This document shows, in pieces, positions 1 to 8,028 of a stretch of 36,527 nt of DNA; the stretch's first letter is position 1, and every line of letters starts with the position of its first letter. The DNA is taken from contig JAVZCV010000004.1 in the NCBI GenBank assembly GCA_038874215.1, positions 1-36,527 of the forward strand, read 5' to 3'. The position numbers and the translations under genes are program-made. Under the pieces are notes generated by a model. That model searched no databases. It saw nothing but the letters and a program-made list of their open reading frames with translations, and was not told where the DNA came from. The DNA is from Candidatus Micrarchaeia archaeon (lineage in GTDB: Archaea; Micrarchaeota; Micrarchaeia; Burarchaeales; JAVZCV01).

Positions 1-900
1 GTCCTGCTCTGTTTCGGCAACTGCTATATTCACAGAATTATACTCATTAAGCCTCTGGAAAAGGAAACGAATATACGCCCTATAGTGTTCTAGGTTCTCT
101 TCAAATGCGGATGAGAGAGCAGTCAGCGAGTCAAGAACGACTCTATCAGGCCTAAATGGGAGCTCTATATCCTCTAAATCTATCAATAACTTGCCCCTCT
201 GCTTTATTATGGCGGCCTCAACAGCCATCGCAAGGTCAAACGGTTCCTTTCTTATCACTGCTATAAGCCCCTTCTCCTCAAATTCCGAAACATCCCACCC
301 AAAGTTGTGTTTCATATGTCGCTTTAATTTGTCTGGCGGCTCCTCAAATGTTATATATACTCCCTTTTCCCCATGCAACGCGCCATTGTAGAGAGATTGG
401 AAACAGAAGGTAGTCTTTCCCGAACCGCATCCACCAGCGAGTATTATGCTATTGCCCCTCTCAATACCATGCGAAGATATGAGTTCATCAAATTTTGAAA
501 CCCGCACTGGCAGAAACTCTACATCAAACCGTTCTTGCTCCTCTTCTTCACCCTTCTGCCATGTTCCTGTTTGTTTTGCAGGTATCGGTCTGAAGAATAT
601 CTCCTCTTTTTTCTTTTCATACTGTTTTCTTTGAGCGTAGGGTACTCCCACCGCTTTTTCTACGTTCTCTATCTCGGATTGCGTGTGTTCTTGAATGGTA
701 TTAATAGAAGTTCCACTAACCTCTATTTCATTCAGGAGCTTCTTTTTTTCGTCTTCACTTTTACCCGCAGCCGTCGGCATCTTTGCTATCCGGCATATGA
801 AGTCTTTCTGCTCCTCTAAGCCATTCTTCTCTAATGCTCCCGCTATTTTTGGGGGTGACCCCTCCTCCTTTTTCTTCTTAATTATATCCTCCATTTTCAT
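1..900 (-). CDS. KaiC/RAD55-family (RecA-superfamily) ATPase with long charged N-terminal extension; partial, runs off left edge
   Basis: Not in the ORF track; translated by hand from ATG at 900: MKMEDIIKKKKEEG...FDELISSHGIERGNSIILAGGCGSGKTTFCFQSLYNGALHGEKGVYITFEEPP...FGWD...RVVLDSLT. Walker A (GGCGSGKT), the KaiC-type YITFEE motif and Walker B (VVLDS) are present; frame open to position 1. Confidence 0.9.
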   Translation of the reverse strand, partial: MKMEDIIKKKKEEGSPPKIAGALEKNGLEEQKDFICRIAKMPTAAGKSEDEKKKLLNEIEVSGTSINTIQEHTQSEIENVEKAVGVPYAQRKQYEKKKEEIFFRPIPAKQTGTWQKGEEEEQERFDVEFLPVRVSKFDELISSHGIERGNSIILAGGCGSGKTTFCFQSLYNGALHGEKGVYITFEEPPDKLKRHMKHNFGWDVSEFEEKGLIAVIRKEPFDLAMAVEAAIIKQRGKLLIDLEDIELPFRPDRVVLDSLTALSSAFEENLEHYRAYIRFLFQRLNEYNSVNIAVAETEQD

Positions 901-923
901 ACCATTTCAATTACTTTTTAGAG

Positions 924-931
924 TTTATAAA
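924..931 (-). promoter_or_regulatory. Archaeal TATA box for the KaiC-like gene
   Basis: TTTATAAA about 24 nt upstream of the ATG at 900. Confidence 0.55.
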
Positions 932-939
932 TTTACACA

Positions 940-3042
940 TCACGAGAACAGCATACCGATTATTTTTATCGCTACACTCTTACTCAGGAACCTGTTGTTA
1001 TTCCCGCACATGGGGTCAAGTATGCACTTAGGACAACCATCCTTACACCCACATTTTTCAAGCCTGTTTTGCGCCATCTTCATAGCCTTCCAAAGCCTTT
1101 CATAAACGAGTTTTGCAAGACCACTTGCACTCCTGCTCTCATATATGTACATTCTACCAAAAGGATAGCTCAGTCCCCCAAGTTCTGACGGGTCTGAGCC
1201 GGCAAGCGCTGGCATCATTGCGATGGTTATATGCTCAACTGCATGGAGCCCATCACCAAAATCCTCTATTCTCGCTATCCTCTCTGGCACATCCCACCAT
1301 ACCCCAAAAGTCTCAAACTCATAAACCAACTCCTCATCAAGCGTGTGCTTGCTGATTGCCAATTCCCTTGCGTAGTCTCTCACAATGTAGCCATATACAA
1401 CATCAGTTACCTTAATCCTCCCATAATGAATTGTCCCTTTTTTATCTTCGCTGGCTTCAAGCTCTTCCAATATCTCTGCGTTTTTATCTCTCAAAGCAAC
1501 TGTATAGTTCTTTACCTCCCCATACAGCTTCTCCACTACCGCAGTATTGTTGTCAAGGTCAAGCCTCCTAGATACGTAGGGCTCGCCACCGTGCATGTAT
1601 ATAGCTCCTGGAAACAACTCGATGAGAGCCATATATTTTTCTCTGTCCCCAATGCATTTTTCCCCCTCGTATATCCTAACCCTATCCCCACATCCTCTTA
1701 TTGATATATTTCGTAGTTCCTTGAGCCCCTCCCTTGTGGGAATCCACATGCCTGCAAATTTCCTTACAAGCTTTTTTTCAATAAGCGAACGTAATACCTT
1801 GCTATCAATTTCTCCTTCATCAAGCGGATAGTCCCTTGCCATTGCGAGCGCCTGAACCTCTCTTACATATTCATTCTCAAGGTTTACGAAACAACTTTCA
1901 GGCTCCCCACCCAAATATTCCCCCTCGTTGTCAAAGTAATACATGTCAAGCGGATTATCCCGTGGCACGAATACTGCAAACGTGCGTTGTCCCTTTCTTC
2001 CAGCCCTGCCTATCCTCTGCCTCATCTTTGTTATACTCCCAGGAAAACCGTCAAGGATAACTGCATCGACATTACCTATGTCTACCCCAAGCTCAAGCGC
2101 CGATGTCGTAGCAAGAATACGTGTGGAACCATACTTAAACCTACTCTCAAGCTCCCTCCTCCTTTCGTATGACAAACCGCTTCTGTACGGTTCAAGAGGA
2201 AGGCCCTTCTTCCTTGCCATCATCCCAAGTCTCTCTACTACTCCATGGCTATTCGCAAAAATCAAAAGCTTATCGACTTTCTTCAAGAGTTCCTCCGCAA
2301 TTTTTAGTGAGAGGGATGTGTGGCTTTCATCTGAATGTACCATCAGATGCTTTACATCTCCCTTGGGTGCGCCATCCGCATCCACTTCAAAGAACTTCTC
2401 CCCCACGAGAAGTTCTGCGAACTCTTTTGCGTTTGATACTGTGGCAGAGCAGCATACGAAAATCGGTTTTTTTCCACCGCTAATCGCAACAGCTCTCTTA
2501 AGTCTCTTTATTATATAGTGGGCGTGTGCGCCCTCCACTCCTGTGTAGGTATGGTTCTCATCTATTACGACATAGCGCAGAGACCTGAAAAAATCTTTGA
2601 AAAGCCTGAGATTCATCAAAATGTGGTGTAGCATGTCCATATTTGATATCAAAACATGCGGAAAATCCTCGCGTATTTTTTTTCTTATATGTGGCGGCGT
2701 ATCCCCATCATATACTGCGCAGCGAACGCCAAGGAGAGAAAACTCGCAAAACCTGAAAAATTGGTCCCTTGAAAGTGCCTTTGTTGGATACAGAATGAGG
2801 GACCTAAAACCTGCAAGCGCACTCTCAACAATGGGTATCATGTATATTTCGGTTTTGCCGCTTCCCGTTGGCGCAACGATTACTACATTCTTCCCAGCTC
2901 GGAGGAGCGATATCCCTCGTGCCTGGTGTCTATAAAATCTTTTTATCCCTCTTTGCATCATGACCTGCTTTATGCTTGCATCAACATCTATATCAGCGAA
3001 TCTTGGCCCTCTACCTTTCTCAAGGAATTCCTTTTTCTGCAT
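940..3042 (-). CDS. DEAD/DEAH-box helicase with C-terminal DUF1998/MZB zinc domain (Hrq1/YprA/MrfA family)
   Basis: APTGSGKT, LYPTKALSRDQ, DENH (DExH), SAT, TSALELGVDIG, QRIGRAGR, LHAVEH, and C-terminal CGCKDGCPKC...CGNNN. Confidence 0.9.
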   Translation of the reverse strand: MQKKEFLEKGRGPRFADIDVDASIKQVMMQRGIKRFYRHQARGISLLRAGKNVVIVAPTGSGKTEIYMIPIVESALAGFRSLILYPTKALSRDQFFRFCEFSLLGVRCAVYDGDTPPHIRKKIREDFPHVLISNMDMLHHILMNLRLFKDFFRSLRYVVIDENHTYTGVEGAHAHYIIKRLKRAVAISGGKKPIFVCCSATVSNAKEFAELLVGEKFFEVDADGAPKGDVKHLMVHSDESHTSLSLKIAEELLKKVDKLLIFANSHGVVERLGMMARKKGLPLEPYRSGLSYERRRELESRFKYGSTRILATTSALELGVDIGNVDAVILDGFPGSITKMRQRIGRAGRKGQRTFAVFVPRDNPLDMYYFDNEGEYLGGEPESCFVNLENEYVREVQALAMARDYPLDEGEIDSKVLRSLIEKKLVRKFAGMWIPTREGLKELRNISIRGCGDRVRIYEGEKCIGDREKYMALIELFPGAIYMHGGEPYVSRRLDLDNNTAVVEKLYGEVKNYTVALRDKNAEILEELEASEDKKGTIHYGRIKVTDVVYGYIVRDYARELAISKHTLDEELVYEFETFGVWWDVPERIARIEDFGDGLHAVEHITIAMMPALAGSDPSELGGLSYPFGRMYIYESRSASGLAKLVYERLWKAMKMAQNRLEKCGCKDGCPKCILDPMCGNNNRFLSKSVAIKIIGMLFS

Positions 3043-3065
3043 CGTTTCTTATCATTGTGCAACAA

Positions 3066-3072
3066 TTTTAAG
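3066..3072 (+). promoter_or_regulatory. TATA-like box of the tRNA-Val gene
   Basis: TTTTAAG about 22-28 nt upstream of the tRNA 5' end at 3094. Confidence 0.45.
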
Positions 3073-3093
3073 GTTTAACTGAATAGAATAGAT

Positions 3094-3254
3094 GGGCCCG
3101 TAGTCGAATAACTTCTTTCTTGAAGCTCAAGAAAGAATTTTATTGGTTCGGCAATGGTAAGACGCTACCCTTACAAGGTAGAGATTCGGAGTTCGATAGG
3201 GCGTTATTTTCCACGTCTATCGTGGGTAACTCCCAGAAATCCTCCGCGGGCCCA
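3094..3254 (+). tRNA. tRNA-Val (anticodon TAC) with two non-canonical introns (about 3109-3154 at position 15/16; 3198-3240 at position 59/60)
   Basis: Acceptor stem GGGCCCG (3094-3100)/CGGGCCC (3247-3253), discriminator A3254, anticodon arm CTACC-CT-TAC-AA-GGTAG (3165-3181), T-stem CGGAG/CTCCG with TTCGA. Removing both inserts gives a 72-nt cloverleaf. Both junctions fold into BHB-like motifs. CCA is not encoded. Confidence 0.92.
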
Positions 3255-3281
3255 TAGCATTCTTAAATACGGTAGGTATCT

Positions 3282-4934
3282 ATGGGAATAAAAATAACCG
3301 TTATCCTTTTTACATTCGCCTTCTGCACGTTTGCGGCGACCATGAGCATGCTTGTTCCGGCAGTTGATGCTGATGGTGGAGGCAGACTGGTCAATATATC
3401 CGTTGATGTAAGAGAAGGAGACGGAACGATATACATATCCACGAAGCCGCTTGTTGGAGTAGACACACAGGCATCAGAGCGAATAGCTGTTGAAAAGGCT
3501 TTTGAGATGGTTGGTATTGATAGGGCAGGCCATGACGTGCTTTTTAAGATTGAGGATATGGGGGGGAGCGATCTGATAGACGGCCCGAGTGGCGGCGCAG
3601 CGATGACACTGCTAACATATGCCTCCCTTACCAACAGCACTATTAATGAGAAAATCACGATGACTGGCAGCATAAGGAAAGACGGGAAAATAGGTGGGGT
3701 TGGCGGCCTTGTAAAAAAAGTGAAGATATGTGCCGATGGAAGATTCTCCCCTATTCTCGTGCCGCTTGAACATGAGGTCTACGAGGAAATAATGCTAGAA
3801 CAGCTGACACGAAGGTGGGGCGTCAAAGTTTATTATGTTGAGAATATACGGGAGGTCATAAACATATCCATATTCGGCGAAATGCCCAAAGGAATAGAAG
3901 AGAGGAGCATTCTTGACGCCGGATATTCGGCCAAGAAAATTCCAAAAGAAAGCGCAGAATTTATCGAGGGCGCATACACCAACGATCTCAGAAATATTGG
4001 AAGAAAGATGATTGCAGACGCACGCTCAATTCTATCAAACGAAAAAGATGAAGATGCAAAAGTAATAGACTACTTCAAATCAAAACTTGATGTTGCCGAG
4101 AGACTGCTTGATATGGGCTACATATATACGGGTGCGAACGACGCATTTCTAACGCTTATAGATGCACGTTGGCTCATGTACGATAACGTCACTACCGCAG
4201 ATTCTCTAGTTTCGGAAGTGGAGGCATGCGTTTCAGGAATACCAAAGAAGGACAAAACATACGAGAATTTTGATTGGGTGGGGGGCGCCGAGCTTAGGGG
4301 AACATGGGCGGAGGTAAAACTCTCAGAAGTGAAAAGCGCCCCATATCGTGATGAGGAGGACACACTGCTTGCGATGCGCGACCTGATGTACGTAAAGGGG
4401 TGGTGCGAGAGCGCGCACAAAATGCTCAATGCAACCGACCCAAAAGGCAACCCGATTGATGAAAATGCACTCAAAGCAATCGTGGAAGAAAGAATGAAAA
4501 AACTTGAGGCATTGCGTTTTGATGATGCAGATCTGCGCTGGCATCTAAAAGCCGCAAGGCATAGCTACTCAAAAGGCCGATACGTGGCAGCAATGTTTGA
4601 CCTTGACTATGTTGAAAGTGCGCTAGCCTTAGAAAACAACCTCACCGAATCCACCAATGCAAGCTTTAATAAAAAATATACGAGTTTTTGGGCTGACATA
4701 TATGGGACGCATGCAGCATACTATTCTCTTACTGGCGATTATACAACCGCTTCAAGGCTTAGAAACTTTGCAGAACGAATAGAAAACTCAACTATTGGCA
4801 TGCGCAATATCTTCATGGGGGGTGGGAGGTTGGTTAACGAAACACGCGTCGCCTCACTGCTTGCAATCGCATGTTTGATAACAGCCCTTGCCTTGATTTT
4901 AACAAAGGTGGAAGGAGATGGGAAAGGTAGCTGA
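3282..4934 (+). CDS. Membrane-anchored/secreted archaeal Lon-like serine protease (S16 proteolytic domain, no ATPase domain)
   Basis: N-terminal signal-like hydrophobic stretch, DGPSGG (catalytic Ser), TMTGSI...GGVGGLVKK (catalytic Lys), long helical region, C-terminal TM helix. Confidence 0.85.
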   Translation: MGIKITVILFTFAFCTFAATMSMLVPAVDADGGGRLVNISVDVREGDGTIYISTKPLVGVDTQASERIAVEKAFEMVGIDRAGHDVLFKIEDMGGSDLIDGPSGGAAMTLLTYASLTNSTINEKITMTGSIRKDGKIGGVGGLVKKVKICADGRFSPILVPLEHEVYEEIMLEQLTRRWGVKVYYVENIREVINISIFGEMPKGIEERSILDAGYSAKKIPKESAEFIEGAYTNDLRNIGRKMIADARSILSNEKDEDAKVIDYFKSKLDVAERLLDMGYIYTGANDAFLTLIDARWLMYDNVTTADSLVSEVEACVSGIPKKDKTYENFDWVGGAELRGTWAEVKLSEVKSAPYRDEEDTLLAMRDLMYVKGWCESAHKMLNATDPKGNPIDENALKAIVEERMKKLEALRFDDADLRWHLKAARHSYSKGRYVAAMFDLDYVESALALENNLTESTNASFNKKYTSFWADIYGTHAAYYSLTGDYTTASRLRNFAERIENSTIGMRNIFMGGGRLVNETRVASLLAIACLITALALILTKVEGDGKGS

Positions 4935-5565
4935 TGCAACTAGAAAAGTAGTCTCCAAATACCCATGCATTCTTGAGTGCATGAGTAAGGGTATAGTTGA
5001 TTTCACAGCACTTGCGCGTTTCTTGAAGCCAGAAATAGAGAAGGAGTGCGGGAAGGCGAACATAGACGCTGTGAGGATGGCGCTTTTAAGATATGCACAA
5101 AAAATGGAGGAGATTAGAAGCAGAAGCGAAGAGTTCGTGCGCTTGGTGGGTAGGTGCGTTCTTTCCCTAAAAAACGATGTTGTTGTTTGCAGGGTTTCGC
5201 AGGCAGATTTTGCACGTACATATGAAGAAATTCTCAAAAAAACTAAGAAGGCGCGTTTTTTCCAGCTTATACAGGATACGAGCGGCTTTACGATAATAGT
5301 GGATAGTGCGGTTGTTAGCCCAGAACTTGAAAGGCAGGGCTTTGTGATAAGGCATAGAGATCAAAGCGCGATAGTCATAACAAGCCCAGAAGAGCTTGAA
5401 AAGATACACGGTGTAATAGCGTATTTCACACAGCTTTTAGCGGAAAAGGGCATAAACATAACAGAGATGAGCTCCTCATACGTGGATACGATATTTGTGG
5501 TAAGCAGAAAAGACGCCCTATTGGCATATAAAACTTTGGAAGAGAAGATACATGAATATAAGTAA
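4918..5565 (+). CDS. ACT domain-containing protein (N-terminal HTH-like segment plus ACT-like domains)
   Basis: VDFTALARFL...AVRMALLRY at the N-terminus; C-terminal ACT signature GVIAYFTQLLAEKGINITEMSSSYVDTIFVV. Confidence 0.8.
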   Translation: MGKVADATRKVVSKYPCILECMSKGIVDFTALARFLKPEIEKECGKANIDAVRMALLRYAQKMEEIRSRSEEFVRLVGRCVLSLKNDVVVCRVSQADFARTYEEILKKTKKARFFQLIQDTSGFTIIVDSAVVSPELERQGFVIRHRDQSAIVITSPEELEKIHGVIAYFTQLLAEKGINITEMSSSYVDTIFVVSRKDALLAYKTLEEKIHEYK

Positions 5566-5580
5566 TTTGGGGGTGATGGC

Positions 5581-6816
5581 TTGTTGTTGCAGAAGGTTAG
5601 GAGCGTGTTTGACTACAAGGGGATAGAAAAGTGCGTGCTTGCTTTTTCGGGCGGGCTTGACACAACGGTTATAGCATCGCTTCTTTCAGACATGGGCATA
5701 AAGCCGATAACGGTAACGCTTGATATGGGGACTGCAACACGGAAAAGCATACAGGAAGTAGAAAGAAAGGCGAAGCTTGTTGGCGCAAGGCACTACACGA
5801 TAGATGCCCGTGAGGAATTCCTCAACGAATATATAATACCCGCCATAATGGCGAATTCCCTCTATCAGGGCGAGTACCCTAATTCAACGGCACTTAGCAG
5901 GCCGCTCATAGTCAAGCATCTCGTTGATGTAGCAAGGCTTGAAAACGCACAGGCGGTTGCTCACGGGAGCACTGGGAAAGGAAACGACCAGGTTCGCATT
6001 GACAACGGAATAAGAGCGCTCGCCCCAGAGCTTCGCATAATAGCCCCAGTAAGGGACTGGGGGCTATGGAGAGATGAAGAAATTGAATATGCAAGGAAGA
6101 AAGGGCTGCCAGTCAAGGCTAAAAAGAGCATATACTCAACTGATGAAAACATGTGGGGTAGAAGCATAGAGTGCGGTCCGATTGAAAATCCCGAGCTGGA
6201 AGTTCCTGAGGATGCCTATGAATGGACGGTGAAGCCAGAAAAAGCACCCAACAAGCCCGAGTATGTTGATATCCTCTTTGATGCAGGTAAGCCTGTTGAA
6301 TGTCGGATTGGTGGTGCAGCATACCGTGGAATAAGGCTTGTTGAAAAACTGAACGAGCTTGCAGGAGCGCATGGCGTTGGAAGAATAGAGCATATGGAAG
6401 ATAGGGTTATTGGTTTCAAATCACGCGAAGCATACGAGGCTCCTGCGGCAACAGTCCTCTTAAAAGCGCATAAGGATTTAGAGAAGACGATACTTTCAAA
6501 GGATGAACTTGAAGTTAAGGAATACATGGATAATGTATGGACTAACCTTGTCTATAGCGGTAAGTGGTACACGCCACTTCGCAAGCAGGTTGAAGCCTTC
6601 ATAAAGGAAACGCAAAAGCACATAACGGGCAGAGTTCGGATAAAGCTGTTTAAGGGAAATGCAGATGTCGTCGCAAGAGAGAGCAAATATGCGCTATACG
6701 ATAAAAAAACCGCCACATATGATAAGGAAACTACGTGGAACCAAAAAGAGGGAGGAATATTCACAAAAATATACGGTTTGGAGGGGGTTATGGCGTATCG
6801 CCTGAGAGGTGAGTAG
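5581..6816 (+). CDS. argG: Argininosuccinate synthase (canonical active site)
   Basis: AFSGGLDT PP-loop, HGSTGKGNDQVR, YSTDENMWGRSIECG, EDRVIGFKSREAYEAP; GGGGTGA RBS before the TTG start. Confidence 0.95.
   Translation: MLLQKVRSVFDYKGIEKCVLAFSGGLDTTVIASLLSDMGIKPITVTLDMGTATRKSIQEVERKAKLVGARHYTIDAREEFLNEYIIPAIMANSLYQGEYPNSTALSRPLIVKHLVDVARLENAQAVAHGSTGKGNDQVRIDNGIRALAPELRIIAPVRDWGLWRDEEIEYARKKGLPVKAKKSIYSTDENMWGRSIECGPIENPELEVPEDAYEWTVKPEKAPNKPEYVDILFDAGKPVECRIGGAAYRGIRLVEKLNELAGAHGVGRIEHMEDRVIGFKSREAYEAPAATVLLKAHKDLEKTILSKDELEVKEYMDNVWTNLVYSGKWYTPLRKQVEAFIKETQKHITGRVRIKLFKGNADVVARESKYALYDKKTATYDKETTWNQKEGGIFTKIYGLEGVMAYRLRGE
5885..6113 (+). repeat. 229-bp near-identical direct repeat, copy 1 (inside argG)
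   Basis: 5885-6094 is identical to 7097-7306 (210 bp), then one mismatch (6095 G / 7307 A), then identical to 6113/7325. Confidence 0.95.
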
Positions 6817-8028
6817 TTGCCCAACAAACGCGAATACAAGGGAATAAAGAGGTGTGTTGTTGCCTTCTCGGGCGGATTAGACTCAACCGTAATATCGCAC
6901 ATGTTGTGTGGGATCGGCATAGAGGTTATCGGAGTTACTGTTGATGTTGGGCAGGGCAGAGAGGTTTTAGAAATAGATAGAATCGTGCGAAAAATGGGCA
7001 TAAAGAACTATGTCATAGATGCAAAGGAGGAGTTTTTCAGTGATTTCATATGCAGGGCGATAAGGGCAAACTTCATGTATGGGGGCATGCCACATCCAAC
7101 GGCACTTAGCAGGCCGCTCATAGTCAAGCATCTCGTTGATGTAGCAAGGCTTGAAAACGCACAGGCGGTTGCTCACGGGAGCACTGGGAAAGGAAACGAC
7201 CAGGTTCGCATTGACAACGGAATAAGAGCGCTCGCCCCAGAGCTTCGCATAATAGCCCCAGTAAGGGACTGGGGGCTATGGAGAGATGAAGAAATTGAAT
7301 ATGCAAAGAAGAAAGGGCTGCCAGTTAGGACATCAAAAACATCACCTTATGCGATTGACCAGAATATTTGGGGTAGGGAAATAAAGCGCGGTGTTATAGA
7401 CGGCATAGACAAGCCTATCCCAGAGAATGTTTACAAATGGTCGCGTCCAAAAAAAAGCGGTTCATGCACGATAACACTTTTTTTCAACAACGGCCTTCCT
7501 GCATGCCTTGTTCAAGGAAATAAAAAATACTACGGTGCTGACATCGTTGTGCAGCTTAATTCTCTTGCAGGGAATTATGGGATAGGCAGGTTTGTAGGAA
7601 TACAGGATAAGCTCGTAGGAATAAAAAGAAGGGAGGTTTGCGAGGCGCCAGCAGCTCACGTTATACTTACAGCGCATTCCGCTCTTGAAACCGCAATACT
7701 GACAAAATCCGAGATTGAAGTAAAACGATATTTGGAGGGGATATGGGGCGAACTCGTTTATTTTGGCTTATGGTATTCCCCATTGCGTGAGGAAATAGAC
7801 GCATTCATCAACATGACGCAAAGGTACGTTGAGGGAAAAGTTAGAATTAGGCTTTCTGAAAAGAGCGTAGATATAGTGGGAATTGAGAGTAGATACGCAA
7901 TATACGATGAAATTATTGCAGGACAGGAAAAAGAGAAATACTGGAGCAACGAGGATGCGGGCTCATTTGCAAAGATGTATGGGCTTCAGGATGTTTTTGC
8001 AAAGCTTTTAAGGGAGTCAAATGGATAA
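6817..8028 (+). CDS. Argininosuccinate synthase paralog with substituted citrulline-binding residues
   Basis: Full-length ArgG fold with AFSGGLDS and HGSTGKGNDQVR, but YAIDQNIWGREIKRG and QDKLVGIKRREVCEAP replace the canonical motifs. Starts right after the argG stop, with a GAGGTGA RBS. Confidence 0.88.
   Translation: MPNKREYKGIKRCVVAFSGGLDSTVISHMLCGIGIEVIGVTVDVGQGREVLEIDRIVRKMGIKNYVIDAKEEFFSDFICRAIRANFMYGGMPHPTALSRPLIVKHLVDVARLENAQAVAHGSTGKGNDQVRIDNGIRALAPELRIIAPVRDWGLWRDEEIEYAKKKGLPVRTSKTSPYAIDQNIWGREIKRGVIDGIDKPIPENVYKWSRPKKSGSCTITLFFNNGLPACLVQGNKKYYGADIVVQLNSLAGNYGIGRFVGIQDKLVGIKRREVCEAPAAHVILTAHSALETAILTKSEIEVKRYLEGIWGELVYFGLWYSPLREEIDAFINMTQRYVEGKVRIRLSEKSVDIVGIESRYAIYDEIIAGQEKEKYWSNEDAGSFAKMYGLQDVFAKLLRESNG
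7097..7325 (+). repeat. 229-bp near-identical direct repeat, copy 2 (inside the argG paralog)
   Basis: Matches 5885-6113 with one mismatch, offset 1212 bp; the two identical antisense ORFs in the track (5912..6094, 7124..7306) corroborate it. Confidence 0.95.
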
